DNA of 64,000 bases. It comes from Candidatus Thorarchaeota archaeon. GTDB taxonomy: Archaea > Asgardarchaeota > Thorarchaeia > Thorarchaeales > Thorarchaeaceae. Location of the stretch: NCBI GenBank assembly GCA_004524445.1, contig SDNP01000004.1, forward strand, positions 39,596 through 103,595, written 5' to 3'. Under the pieces are notes generated by a model. That model was not told the origin of the DNA, did not search any database, and saw nothing but the letters and a program-made list of their open reading frames with translations. This document shows, piece by piece, positions 49,210 through 59,327 of this stretch. Every line of letters starts with the position of its first letter. Position 1 is the stretch's first letter. The position numbers were made by a program, and so were the translations under genes.

Positions 49210-50298
49210 TCAATCGTAATCCAATGATAGCTCGGGAAATACGCAATCTTTGACTCTTTTTACGTTCTCTCTAGTAATGTCCCAAATTTCTTCATCATCA
49301 CGAAAAGGAGGTTCTTCATCAGGAATTTCCATGTGAAGTCCGGATAATAATGAAATAATTAGTTTGGCTCCTGTTTTGAAGACTTCAGGATTATATCCGC
49401 CACCAGAAACAACTCCCAAACAGCCATTGCAGTTCCGATGTGAGAATTCATGAAACCATTCTGCGACATAATGGATAGTCTTGAATGTGAGGTTCAGGTG
49501 AGCCAAAGGGTCTCGATAGTGTGCATCGAAACTGGGAAGAAGTAGTATGAAATCCGGCTTGAAGAAGTGGACTAGCGGCGGGACCAATTCATCAAAAGCG
49601 TAGCGGTACACATCGTCACCGGCATCCATTGGAAAATGCATATTGACGTTATAGCCTCTACCAGAATCTGACCCGATATCCTCAACAAAACCATCATGAG
49701 GGTACATCCACTCGGGATCTTCGTGAAATGAAATGGTCATGACTGCAGAATCATTGTAGAAATAATCTTGAGTTCCATTTCCGTGATGCACATCGAAATC
49801 TGCAATTAAAACCCGTTCGTAGCCTAGTTCCTTTAAAAGAATGACTGCCATGGCGATGTCATTGAAGATACAGAAGCCGCCTCCATGGTCGTAAAAAGCA
49901 TGATGAAAGCCTCCGGTAGGCGAATAGAAGTGATCAATTCGGCGATTGTGCATAGCTCGAATTCCCGAGATAATAGTTCCAGAGGCTAGGAGGGAATTTT
50001 CGAGGATGCCAACAAATCCAGGTGTGTCAATGTCTATATCCCCTTTGCCAGTCGTCGAGATCTCCGTGACTTTCTGAATGTAGTCTTTAGAATGTGCCTT
50101 TCTCAGCAGTTCATCCGATACAGGTTCAGGGTTAATGATCTCGATAGGGGAGGTATCAAGAATGCCAGATTCAAGCAAGAAGTCGTGTACCATCTGGAAA
50201 CGTCCCACTCGTACTGGATGACGGGCTCCAAAATCGAACGTTTCGAGTTTTGGGTCCCACATGAATCCAACTGAGCAATGGGAGGGATCATCATTCAT
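49210..50298 (-). CDS. Histone deacetylase/AcuC family amidohydrolase
   Basis: GGFHHA, GFCIFND, DFDVHHGNGT, DAHYRDPL, GGGY. Confidence 0.95.
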   Translation of the reverse strand: MNDDPSHCSVGFMWDPKLETFDFGARHPVRVGRFQMVHDFLLESGILDTSPIEIINPEPVSDELLRKAHSKDYIQKVTEISTTGKGDIDIDTPGFVGILENSLLASGTIISGIRAMHNRRIDHFYSPTGGFHHAFYDHGGGFCIFNDIAMAVILLKELGYERVLIADFDVHHGNGTQDYFYNDSAVMTISFHEDPEWMYPHDGFVEDIGSDSGRGYNVNMHFPMDAGDDVYRYAFDELVPPLVHFFKPDFILLLPSFDAHYRDPLAHLNLTFKTIHYVAEWFHEFSHRNCNGCLGVVSGGGYNPEVFKTGAKLIISLLSGLHMEIPDEEPPFRDDEEIWDITRENVKRVKDCVFPELSLDYD

Positions 50299-50362
50299 TG
50301 AGCCAGCGCAGTATTGAAAACTTATATGGGTACCGCGCGTAAGAATCGCGGTGCGCGGTTAG

Positions 50363-51808
50363 TTGAGGCTTCGAGAGATAGCGAAGGTGCCGATTTCTTC
50401 TGATGCTTACAGCCTCTATGTAAGGCAAAGGACTCAGGCAAATCCCCAGGTCTTTTCACTGGACTATGGAGATCAATTGAAGGTGTATGATACTTCAGGG
50501 TCCCTACAATCATCGAGAAACTGGAGCAGCAAGGTTCGATGTATTGCAGTGGGAGATGTTGAGGGGGAGGGACATGATGCGCTTGTGGGAGGGGTAGGAA
50601 AGCGAATATTAGTTATAGACCATCAAGGTAGTCTATTGTGGAAGATTGACCTTGAGAGTAACGTCATTGCCTGTGACGCAAGAGATGTTGATGGCGATGA
50701 TGCAGCAGAGGTTGCAGTTGCTCTTCGGAACAAACGTGTCATACTCTGGAATGATGACAAGGTCGCCCTTTTCACTCGTAAAATGGATTTTCCTATAGCT
50801 GATGTTTGGCTTGAGGACATGACGGATGATTCCGAACTCGAGCTAATTGTTGCAGACAGGCGGGGAAATGTTGTCATTCTTACATCAACAGGCTATGAAT
50901 TGATGAGGCTTGAACTCGGAGAGGCAATCACGGTCTTTGCGGTCATCAGGTTTGGGAAGAAAAAGCTGTTTGTAACGGGAAATCACTCAAAGCTTCTGAA
51001 GATTTGGGATATCAAAGGAAGAAGAATCAATGAATTGAAACTAAGTGGTGAGCCTTCAGCCATATCGGCAGGAGTTCCAGCTGAAAAAACCGACCTAGCG
51101 TATATTGTTGTCAGCACAGAGGATAACCGGCTTGGTTTCTGGGAAATCCGTGATAAGACAAGAGTTTCCGATTCAGAGAAGACAACCCTCCAAGAGATTG
51201 AAGCAACCAAGACGATTCTATACCGAAGAGCCATAAGATGTGGAAATTGCGGAGCTCCAACCTCTCCCGAGTCGTCCCGATGCGAATCATGTGGTGCAAT
51301 ACTCGAGGTTCTTGACGAATATGCACTTCAGGAGTACATAAGTGAGGCATTGGATTCCATTACCTCGAAGCATGAGAAGATTAAGCTCAAAGAACTAGAC
51401 AGGATACTTAGACGAACTCTGCCGAAACCAGCATCATATAACCTTAGGCGAAGTCTTCAGACAATGATTGAAAAGCGAATCGTAGAAGGTCATATCGATG
51501 GCAATGTTTTCGTGCGGACGCGCCCCTGGAAGATTAAGAGCTCAAACAGACCGAGGAGAGATGAGATTCGAAGACTCCCAGAAGTCATTTTCTCATTGCT
51601 CAAGAAGGAGAAGAGTTTCGAGATCCAACTTGTCGAGAAGAAGACAGGCATTGACAGATCTGTCTTGAGAAAATCACTTCTAATCCTTCTAGGCGATGAG
51701 GAAATAGAAGGCAGAATGAGTGACAATGAATTTATTCTTGAAGAAAGTCAAGAGATAGAAAGCTTTGTCAGCAAGTTACTAGAAGAGATTGAATCTATTT
51801 CAAAATAA
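50363..51808 (+). CDS. FG-GAP-like beta-propeller + zinc ribbon + two PCI-like winged-helix domains
   Basis: DVEGEG, DVDGDD, DMTDDS blades and LKIWD; CGNCGAP...CESCG; IVEGHID and IEGRMS wHTH ends. Confidence 0.72.
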   Translation: MRLREIAKVPISSDAYSLYVRQRTQANPQVFSLDYGDQLKVYDTSGSLQSSRNWSSKVRCIAVGDVEGEGHDALVGGVGKRILVIDHQGSLLWKIDLESNVIACDARDVDGDDAAEVAVALRNKRVILWNDDKVALFTRKMDFPIADVWLEDMTDDSELELIVADRRGNVVILTSTGYELMRLELGEAITVFAVIRFGKKKLFVTGNHSKLLKIWDIKGRRINELKLSGEPSAISAGVPAEKTDLAYIVVSTEDNRLGFWEIRDKTRVSDSEKTTLQEIEATKTILYRRAIRCGNCGAPTSPESSRCESCGAILEVLDEYALQEYISEALDSITSKHEKIKLKELDRILRRTLPKPASYNLRRSLQTMIEKRIVEGHIDGNVFVRTRPWKIKSSNRPRRDEIRRLPEVIFSLLKKEKSFEIQLVEKKTGIDRSVLRKSLLILLGDEEIEGRMSDNEFILEESQEIESFVSKLLEEIESISK

Positions 51809-51849
51809 TAATGAAGAATCGTGGTAAGCCCATTGGAGGAATATAGAAG

Positions 51850-54696
51850 ATGAAAATTAGTAAGCGTATAATAATCGCATTCGTGACTGTGTCATTAATT
51901 CCGATTTTGGTGATGTCAGCATTATCAGCGGTCACGATATACAATGTTTCGACTGAGAATGCAAATGATGCGGCAGCAGCTTTAGAGAATGAAGAAACCG
52001 AGAATCTAAGGCGTCTTGCCGGTGATACAGCCCTGTTTATTGACGAACGCATGCAGCACTATTTGGATGGTGTCTATATGATGGAAGAGTATTCTGAGGC
52101 CCTCTTCAACAAGGAAATCAATGCAACTCCGACATATTCGTATTATTGGGACCCAGACATTGAGGAGGCAAGGGGCCATCCTATTCCGGGAATAGACCCG
52201 GATTATGAGGAGGATTACGACTCGTATGATATCTCCTTTGACGTGAGCTGCTATTACATGCCCAGACCATATTACCCAACTCCTGGAGACCCATTCACAC
52301 TTGACGAAGATACTGAATATTATCTGAATGTTTCAAGCAATATGGATAATATCTATCGAGCGCTACATGAAATGAGTCCCGATTATATCTGGCTCTACAT
52401 GTATTTTGACCAGGCCGTTGCCCCTGGCCATCTCTTCAGAAACTATCCATATGATAATCTGGAGTATTTCCTTGGCGATGTGCCCGCTGAAGATTATGAC
52501 CCACAAGTTGAAGAATGGTACACAAACGCTGCATCAGTGGGAGTTAATGATGACAGTGTGGCTATCACAAGCCCCTATGGGGACCCATCCACAGGGCTCG
52601 TCATATCGATGGGACGGCCTGTCTATGTGAATGAGACCGATTACATCGGAGTGGTATCAGCGGATGTCACACTAGATACGGTTCTTGCCAATGTGCTGAA
52701 TATTAGAGTCCTCGATAGCGGATATGCGTACCTTTTGGAATCGGATGGTGCTGTGCTTGCTCATCCCGAATTCACCACGGAAGGTCAAACTATCTATGAT
52801 CTAGAATTCGAAGACAGTACAAGTAGTGAGGCGCAAGCGTTTAGTGATATCCTGACAGATGCCCTTGCCAGTGAGTCAGGTCAAGACACATTCACGAAGG
52901 ATGGAGAGGAGTGGCTTATCACTTACAAGGAAGTTCCTAACACAGATTTTCTCCTCGCGGTTGTAGTTCCGGTATCAGAAGCCATTCAGCCCGCAGCCAA
53001 TATCCTCTCGCAAGTATTGGCTAATACGACCTTCTTGACCATCGTCCTAGGCGGTATTCTCGCAGGTGTAGCAGTGCTAGTTGGCGCAGTTGCTTACCGT
53101 AGAGGCAAAGCGGTTGTTGAACCTATCAAGGAAATGACTCGACTTGTGGAAAAGATGTCCAAGCAGGACTTCACGCGAAGCGTGTCCACGAGTGGAGCTA
53201 TGTATGAAGAGATAGGTACAACGGTTGACGCCCTACTTAGTTTCCAGGAGGCTTGTAGGTTTGGTAACCAGGCATTCATCAGGGGGGACCTGAACCGTGC
53301 AATGTCCAACTATCAGAACCTCCTTGAGATTAGCAGACGTCTGAATATCAAAGCCGGCGAGCAAACAATGCTCCTAAACATTGGCAATGTCTTTCGACAA
53401 CGGGGAGACACGGGTAACGCACTCGATTATTATGAGAGAGCCCTTGCATTAGCTAAAGAGCTTCTCTTCCAAGCAAAAGAGGGTGATGCCGATGAAACAG
53501 ATGCCATGGTACGAGTTGCGTCTGCTTATCACAACATGGCACTAGTAAGGATGGACAGGCAAGAATATGATGAAGCAATCACGTTGCTTGAAGACGCAAG
53601 AGCGATTGATGAAACTCTTGGCAACCAAAGAGGACTGGCAAAACGAGCAGATGCCATGGGTCTTGTACTTATGAGAGAAGGCAGAGAAAGCCAAGCAGAA
53701 TCCAAGTTCAAAGAAGCGCAGACTGTTGCTGAGAAGGAAGGGTATGACCGGACTCTAGCCTACATCCACTATCATCTTGGTGAATTGTTCGCACAGAGAG
53801 AAAATTGGAATTCGGCAAAATCTGAGTATCAAACCGCCATTAATCTTGGTGAACATACAGAGGAATACTGGCTGGTTGTATATGCAATGCAAGAATTGGC
53901 CGATACGCTTGACCATCTTGATGAACCCACACATGACCTCCGTCGAAGAGCAGAGAAGCTGAGAAGGTCAATACTATTCAAGAAAAGCGTCATCTTTGTA
54001 ATTGACTACTCAGGTAGTATGAGGGCTCAAGATAGAATAAGAGCTGCAGTTGACGGTGCAAAGGAGATTTTGAACAGCCAAGTGAATCCCCAAGACCGTG
54101 TAAGTATTATTGTGTTCAACAATACGTACAGGCAAATTCTACCTCTGACGAGAAGGGGGGAACATGACGACCCGAGAGATAGCAAAATAGTAAGAGCGCT
54201 TGAATCACTCAGACATCCTAATTATGCCACAGCATTTTACGATGCTCTAGGCAAGGCATTGGAGGATCTCGACAAGATAGAGTCCAGTGAGCATCGATGG
54301 ATTATAGCACTTACTGATGGGCAGGATAACAGTTCAGAGAAGTACTCGTTGGATGCCTTAGAGGGAATAGATACAGAGGAGGAGCGGTACAAGGAGGGTA
54401 GACCTCTGACTATTGAGGGCTACATCCGTGACAATCATCTTGATGTCTTCTTGATCATCATTGGAGTTGGTGAGGAGCTTAGAGAGCCTATAGAAGCAAA
54501 TATCCGATCTCCAGATACGGGAAGACGGATGACATTCGAAGAGCTTCTCGAATCGGTTTGTGAGTCTATCCCGCAGGGCCAGTACTTCTCCGTGGTTGAT
54601 ACAAAGGATGTACATCTGGACATTCAACAGGCATTTCAGGAGGTAGGCGTAATGATGGCGCAGCTGGAAATGGGAGGAATGACGGACGACTACTAG
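51850..54696 (+). CDS. Membrane receptor TM-dCache-TM-HAMP-TPR-vWA
   Basis: dCache (EWY, PYGDP, GVVSADV, GYAYLL), HAMP (EPIKEM...EEIG), TPR repeats, vWA with MIDAS DYSGSM / T / LTDG. Confidence 0.85.
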   Translation: MKISKRIIIAFVTVSLIPILVMSALSAVTIYNVSTENANDAAAALENEETENLRRLAGDTALFIDERMQHYLDGVYMMEEYSEALFNKEINATPTYSYYWDPDIEEARGHPIPGIDPDYEEDYDSYDISFDVSCYYMPRPYYPTPGDPFTLDEDTEYYLNVSSNMDNIYRALHEMSPDYIWLYMYFDQAVAPGHLFRNYPYDNLEYFLGDVPAEDYDPQVEEWYTNAASVGVNDDSVAITSPYGDPSTGLVISMGRPVYVNETDYIGVVSADVTLDTVLANVLNIRVLDSGYAYLLESDGAVLAHPEFTTEGQTIYDLEFEDSTSSEAQAFSDILTDALASESGQDTFTKDGEEWLITYKEVPNTDFLLAVVVPVSEAIQPAANILSQVLANTTFLTIVLGGILAGVAVLVGAVAYRRGKAVVEPIKEMTRLVEKMSKQDFTRSVSTSGAMYEEIGTTVDALLSFQEACRFGNQAFIRGDLNRAMSNYQNLLEISRRLNIKAGEQTMLLNIGNVFRQRGDTGNALDYYERALALAKELLFQAKEGDADETDAMVRVASAYHNMALVRMDRQEYDEAITLLEDARAIDETLGNQRGLAKRADAMGLVLMREGRESQAESKFKEAQTVAEKEGYDRTLAYIHYHLGELFAQRENWNSAKSEYQTAINLGEHTEEYWLVVYAMQELADTLDHLDEPTHDLRRRAEKLRRSILFKKSVIFVIDYSGSMRAQDRIRAAVDGAKEILNSQVNPQDRVSIIVFNNTYRQILPLTRRGEHDDPRDSKIVRALESLRHPNYATAFYDALGKALEDLDKIESSEHRWIIALTDGQDNSSEKYSLDALEGIDTEEERYKEGRPLTIEGYIRDNHLDVFLIIIGVGEELREPIEANIRSPDTGRRMTFEELLESVCESIPQGQYFSVVDTKDVHLDIQQAFQEVGVMMAQLEMGGMTDDY

Positions 54697-54710
54697 GAGG
54701 TGCAAGAAGA

Positions 54711-56162
54711 ATGGCGACAACTAAGAAAAAAGGCAGCTTTCGACGAAATGTAATAGTGACCTTCCTCACAATCGCAGTGATATCCATGACCGTAACTGGT
54801 CTGATCTCACTTGCATTCGTGGACTTGACGGGAGGGTACACAACAGACCAAAGCTCGAATGCACTCCAAGAACAAATTGAGAGAAATATGGGGCAGACAG
54901 CCGAGTCCAACTCACTAGTGGTTAGGCAAAAGCTAGAGAGTGCTGAGGGCATGGTCAACGCCATGGCAGAAGAGGTTGAAGCTTTGTTCGATAGTGATTC
55001 AACATATTTCCCTAGAGAGGTCTACTACGACTACTTCTTCCAGAACACGGCAGAAGGCCCATATCCTGCTGATGTCCATTATGAAGAGGAGTATGGTATC
55101 AATGTTTCATGGAACTACAGTAGTTGGTATATTCCAGGCTCTAACTCCACCAACTACGAAGCTTACGAGGCTGTTGAGTCGGCGAAGCTAGAAAGGGTTT
55201 CCAATATGGACTACATATTCCAATACATTCACTCTCAGATGCCAGAGTTCAGATGGCTCTATGTAGGTTTTGAGAACGACTTATGGATTAATTACCCGGG
55301 AAGCATTGTGGGAGGTAGTACCTCTGAACGTAATAATCCCGCGCTGCAGTTCAAGGCATCAGAGGAGGGATGGTATCAAGAGCTCAGAGCTGCGGGTCGC
55401 GATACAATATTCGTAGAGCCATACTATGACCCGATAGATGGAGTTCTACTCATATCCATCGGAAGGGCGTTCTATAATGAGAGCGGTCAGGTAATGGGCA
55501 TTATTGCAGGGGATATCACAGTAGATGACATAAGGAACAAGATTCTTGATGTGGAGATTCTGGAAACAGGGTACGCTGCACTCATAACTTCAGGAGGAGG
55601 AATCGTTGCACATCCGAACGTGGAAGACAGGCACTATGGGCTATACGACGACCAGCTCCCACCACTGGAAGATTTCGAGGTCAATTCTGATTTGTCACCT
55701 GCGCAGATCGCACAGATAACCTCAGGAAACACTGGCACGACGACATTCCAAAAGGATGGGGAAGAGTATATCCTTGCCTACACACCAGTTGGCGTTGGAG
55801 GCTACATCTGCATTATCATCGTTCCAAGGGAGGAGGCTCTTGCAGCAATCCCTGCACTTGAGGCCAGAATACAAAATGCAGACCTTCAAGCGACGACGTT
55901 CATCATTGCAGTTACCGTTGGTGGTATATTGGTTGCAGGGGCTGTCGCAGTAGTCGTATCCAATCAAATAACTCGCCCTCTACAATATTTGATGGACTTG
56001 GCAAACAGGAATGTATCTGCCATGATAAAGCAAGAAAGGCTAGATACTACTGACCTCCAAGTTGATAGGGTCTATACTGGAAAGGATGATGAGATTGGTG
56101 AATTAGCACGGGCATTCCAAGGGATGCTCGACACCATTCGAGAAGAGGAGAGCGAGGAATAG
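54711..56162 (+). CDS. Membrane receptor TM-dCache-TM-HAMP without output domain
   Basis: Paralogous dCache (GWY, PYYDP, GIIAGDI, GYAAL); ends right after HAMP (ITRPL...DEIGELARAF). Confidence 0.87.
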   Translation: MATTKKKGSFRRNVIVTFLTIAVISMTVTGLISLAFVDLTGGYTTDQSSNALQEQIERNMGQTAESNSLVVRQKLESAEGMVNAMAEEVEALFDSDSTYFPREVYYDYFFQNTAEGPYPADVHYEEEYGINVSWNYSSWYIPGSNSTNYEAYEAVESAKLERVSNMDYIFQYIHSQMPEFRWLYVGFENDLWINYPGSIVGGSTSERNNPALQFKASEEGWYQELRAAGRDTIFVEPYYDPIDGVLLISIGRAFYNESGQVMGIIAGDITVDDIRNKILDVEILETGYAALITSGGGIVAHPNVEDRHYGLYDDQLPPLEDFEVNSDLSPAQIAQITSGNTGTTTFQKDGEEYILAYTPVGVGGYICIIIVPREEALAAIPALEARIQNADLQATTFIIAVTVGGILVAGAVAVVVSNQITRPLQYLMDLANRNVSAMIKQERLDTTDLQVDRVYTGKDDEIGELARAFQGMLDTIREEESEE

Positions 56163-56182
56163 ACCAATTTCAGAAACGCGAG

Positions 56183-58021
56183 ATGCAGAATATGCAGAAT
56201 TGGACCACAGATGATGCCAAAGTAGTGTACGGTCTGAATAAGAATGACCTACATTTCCTCAACATAACAGAAGAGGGGAATCTTTGCATTGAACTTAATG
56301 GAAAAAGAATCACAATAGAAGATTTGGTGAACCGTGTTCACCACGAGGACGGAATGAAGAAGGGATACACCTCATCCTTCACGCTTCGGATGCCCCAATT
56401 GATCACATACCAAATCCTGAAGTTGAAGAGGAGTTTCCAGAAACTTATTGACGATTTGGATTATGAGGGGGATTTTTGTGGGATATACCCTGTGAAGGTC
56501 AACCAACGAAAAGACTGCGTAGTGCCAGTCATTATGTCAGATCCCAATTACGGAATAGAAGCGGGTACAAAGGCAGAATTACATCTCATTCGAGAGGTCG
56601 TTGGTGAAGAAAAACATCGGCTCATCATTTGTAATGGTGCAAAGGACCCCGAGTATCTCTCAACAATCGAGGAGTTCACTAGAGATGGCTACAACATAGG
56701 AATCAGCATCGAATCGGTAGATGAGGCAAACCGGGTCTTGGATATATTCGAGCCTAATGAGATTAATTTGGTGTTGCGCCTTAAACCGTATCTGACAGTA
56801 CGCGGGCACTGGTCACATTCTGCTGGAAGGGACTCCAAGTTTGGACTCAGCATTCACGACCTATTCGATGTTGTTGATCTCCTGAAAAGCAACGGCTTTG
56901 AAAATTCGGTGACGACAATTCTTGGGCATGTGGGTTCTCAAATCACAGCAATTGAGGATTTCAGGAAATTCTCGCGCTTCATGACCCGTACATTCTACGA
57001 AATTCGGGATATGGGGTTTGGGAACCTAGACATCATTGATTTTGGTGGAGGATTGCCCATTGATTATACAAGCAGTCATCCACCGAACATGATGGAGCTC
57101 TATGCAACAGCCATCATCGAGGGAATCATGGATGAAATGAATAATCAGATCGGCGAAAGAAAAGCTCCAGATATTATGATAGAGTCTGGACGAGGGATAA
57201 CTGCCTTGAGCTCACTTGTACTCGTTGAGGCACTCGAAGTGCGATGTGTATATCCGTCGGTTGATGATTTGCCTCAGCTTAGAAAACACCTTGAAGCATG
57301 GATATCGAAGTTGACTGCCGCTACCTCATTGAAAGAGATATTAGATATTTGGGAGGAATTCCTTTCTGAATCGATGCCAGAGGCCCGTTCTCTATCTGAG
57401 CTGAAGGAACAAGAGAAATTGCGTGGGGCATTCCGTTCTGAGATTCGGAGACATATTGCAGACTTGGGTGTTGATTCAGTCATTGCAAACCCGGTGGTTG
57501 AGGAGCTTTGGCATCCTGAGCATATTGTTGTAGGGAATTTCAGTGTCTTCAACAGCGCGGGAGACCATGTGCTTGTGAAGCAGCATTTCCCCATCCTGCC
57601 TGTGAGAGACCTCCATGTAATGCCAGAAACAACAGTGCGTCTCGTGGATATTACCTGCGATTCCGATGGCGAAATCTCCCAATTTCACAGAAAGGGCACA
57701 GGAGAGATATGGTATACCCAAGATTATAGGCCACTCACAATGCCGGTTGAACGAATGGGTGTTGGAATTCCTGTTGGAAAACTAGGGAATGTGAAAGGCT
57801 CTCACTTTGTTATCGCTCTGACAGGCGCGTACCAAGATGTGATTGAGATGGACCATAATCTCCTGGGAGACCTCCCTGACGTTGAGCTTCTTCTTGATAA
57901 GGATGGAAAATGGGAAACACGCTGGATGGCTGGAGCCCAAAACATGGAGGAAATCCTTGAAGACGTGGGATATTTTGGTCTTGATATAGATGAGGATCCC
58001 TACATGTCTGGTGACGACTGA
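56183..58021 (+). CDS. speA: Biosynthetic PLP-dependent arginine decarboxylase (bacterial/plant type)
   Basis: YPVKVNQ, EAGTKAEL, CNGAKD, SKFGL, HVGSQI, GGGL, ESGR, DITCDSDG, GAYQ. Confidence 0.92.
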   Translation: MQNMQNWTTDDAKVVYGLNKNDLHFLNITEEGNLCIELNGKRITIEDLVNRVHHEDGMKKGYTSSFTLRMPQLITYQILKLKRSFQKLIDDLDYEGDFCGIYPVKVNQRKDCVVPVIMSDPNYGIEAGTKAELHLIREVVGEEKHRLIICNGAKDPEYLSTIEEFTRDGYNIGISIESVDEANRVLDIFEPNEINLVLRLKPYLTVRGHWSHSAGRDSKFGLSIHDLFDVVDLLKSNGFENSVTTILGHVGSQITAIEDFRKFSRFMTRTFYEIRDMGFGNLDIIDFGGGLPIDYTSSHPPNMMELYATAIIEGIMDEMNNQIGERKAPDIMIESGRGITALSSLVLVEALEVRCVYPSVDDLPQLRKHLEAWISKLTAATSLKEILDIWEEFLSESMPEARSLSELKEQEKLRGAFRSEIRRHIADLGVDSVIANPVVEELWHPEHIVVGNFSVFNSAGDHVLVKQHFPILPVRDLHVMPETTVRLVDITCDSDGEISQFHRKGTGEIWYTQDYRPLTMPVERMGVGIPVGKLGNVKGSHFVIALTGAYQDVIEMDHNLLGDLPDVELLLDKDGKWETRWMAGAQNMEEILEDVGYFGLDIDEDPYMSGDD

Positions 58022-58833
58022 TGGCGGTAGATGAGTCCAAGTTTGAAATCGTACGTGACTTGCTTACCGGTCATTGCGTACTAGTAGCGTTCAGTGGGGG
58101 TGTGGATAGTTCAGTATTAGCACATAATGCAAAGAGATGGGCAAAAGAAGTCAGCCTCCTCCTAGTTAGTAGTGAAACCGTCACAAGTGAAGAGATTGAG
58201 AACGCCAAGTCCGTTGCAAGTGAGCTGGAATTAGACCTCGATGTTATTGATTTTGACTGGTTGAGTCAAGGCAATCTCGCAAGCAATCCAATCGACCGTT
58301 GTTATCAATGCAAAAAGGCACTCGCGAAACTGTGGAAAGAACGTGCAAATGAGCTTGGACTCGATATGGTTGTGGAGGGAACAACGGCGACAGAGATGTC
58401 TGGAAGAAGGCCAGGAGAACAGGCTCTTAGAGAGGAGGGCATCACATCACCATTTCTTGTAGCTGAGCTAACAAAACCCGATCTTCGAGCATATGCTCTA
58501 GAACATAATCTATCCATAGCTGAACGGCCTTCAATGGCTTGCTTGGCTACACGGTTTCCTTATGACACACAAATTACTAAGAACCTGCTCCGAAAAATAG
58601 ACGAGTTTGAGGAGAAGATTCGGGAATTCACCGGCGTAGGTAGGTTACGAGCTCGATATCATGATGAAATTGTCAGAATTGAGGTTGCGCCTGAAGAACG
58701 TGATGCATTCTTTGACAAGAGGATTCTCGATGACATCCATCAAATAGGGAAATCTCTTGGCTTTCAGTATATCACACTTGATATGAAGGGATACAGATCA
58801 GGGGCCATGGACGAGCCCTTATGTGATGATTAG
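58021..58833 (+). CDS. larE: LarE-family ATP-dependent sulfur transferase
   Basis: AFSGGVDS PP-loop, RCYQCK, RPG, ACLATRFPY, GYRSGAM; ATG overlaps the speA stop. Confidence 0.9.
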   Translation: MAVDESKFEIVRDLLTGHCVLVAFSGGVDSSVLAHNAKRWAKEVSLLLVSSETVTSEEIENAKSVASELELDLDVIDFDWLSQGNLASNPIDRCYQCKKALAKLWKERANELGLDMVVEGTTATEMSGRRPGEQALREEGITSPFLVAELTKPDLRAYALEHNLSIAERPSMACLATRFPYDTQITKNLLRKIDEFEEKIREFTGVGRLRARYHDEIVRIEVAPEERDAFFDKRILDDIHQIGKSLGFQYITLDMKGYRSGAMDEPLCDD

Positions 58834-58860
58834 AATGGCAGGATAAACGAAAGGTCCTCT

Positions 58861-59223
58861 TTACAAATCTCGCAACTCTGATTTTATGGTACCTGAGCAG
58901 TAAGGACAAAGTGCGGTCATTGGACCCGCCCAGCTCACCATTTCCATGCTGATTCTGCCACCACAATGCGGACATTTGTCTGGGAGGTCATAAACAGACT
59001 TGCGGACTTCTTTTTTTCTCCCAGGGTATACTGTTTCTTTCTTTTCTCTTCCATTTGAGATTGACATGAAAATAGCGATGAAAAGAAAAGGAATTGGAAT
59101 TAGCCAACCTGCGGTACCTGTTACAAAGGACATCAATCCGCAGATCAGGATGAAGACATTAAGGAAACTTATTTTGAAATATTTTGATGCTTTCGTTCGC
59201 CCACCAGACATATAATCACTCAT
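58861..59223 (-). CDS. Two-TM membrane protein with C-terminal zinc ribbon
   Basis: Two hydrophobic helices; CPHCGG...CPYCSG. Confidence 0.8.
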   Translation of the reverse strand: MSDYMSGGRTKASKYFKISFLNVFILICGLMSFVTGTAGWLIPIPFLFIAIFMSISNGREKKETVYPGRKKEVRKSVYDLPDKCPHCGGRISMEMVSWAGPMTALCPYCSGTIKSELRDL

Positions 59224-59327
59224 TAGAGAATGTGAAAATCAGTATTTGAGTGGCTGCCCCCAATTCAAGCTTCTATTGATAATGGCCCATATGACTAGCA
59301 GGACCAGGTAACAAGGAAGTGGAGATA

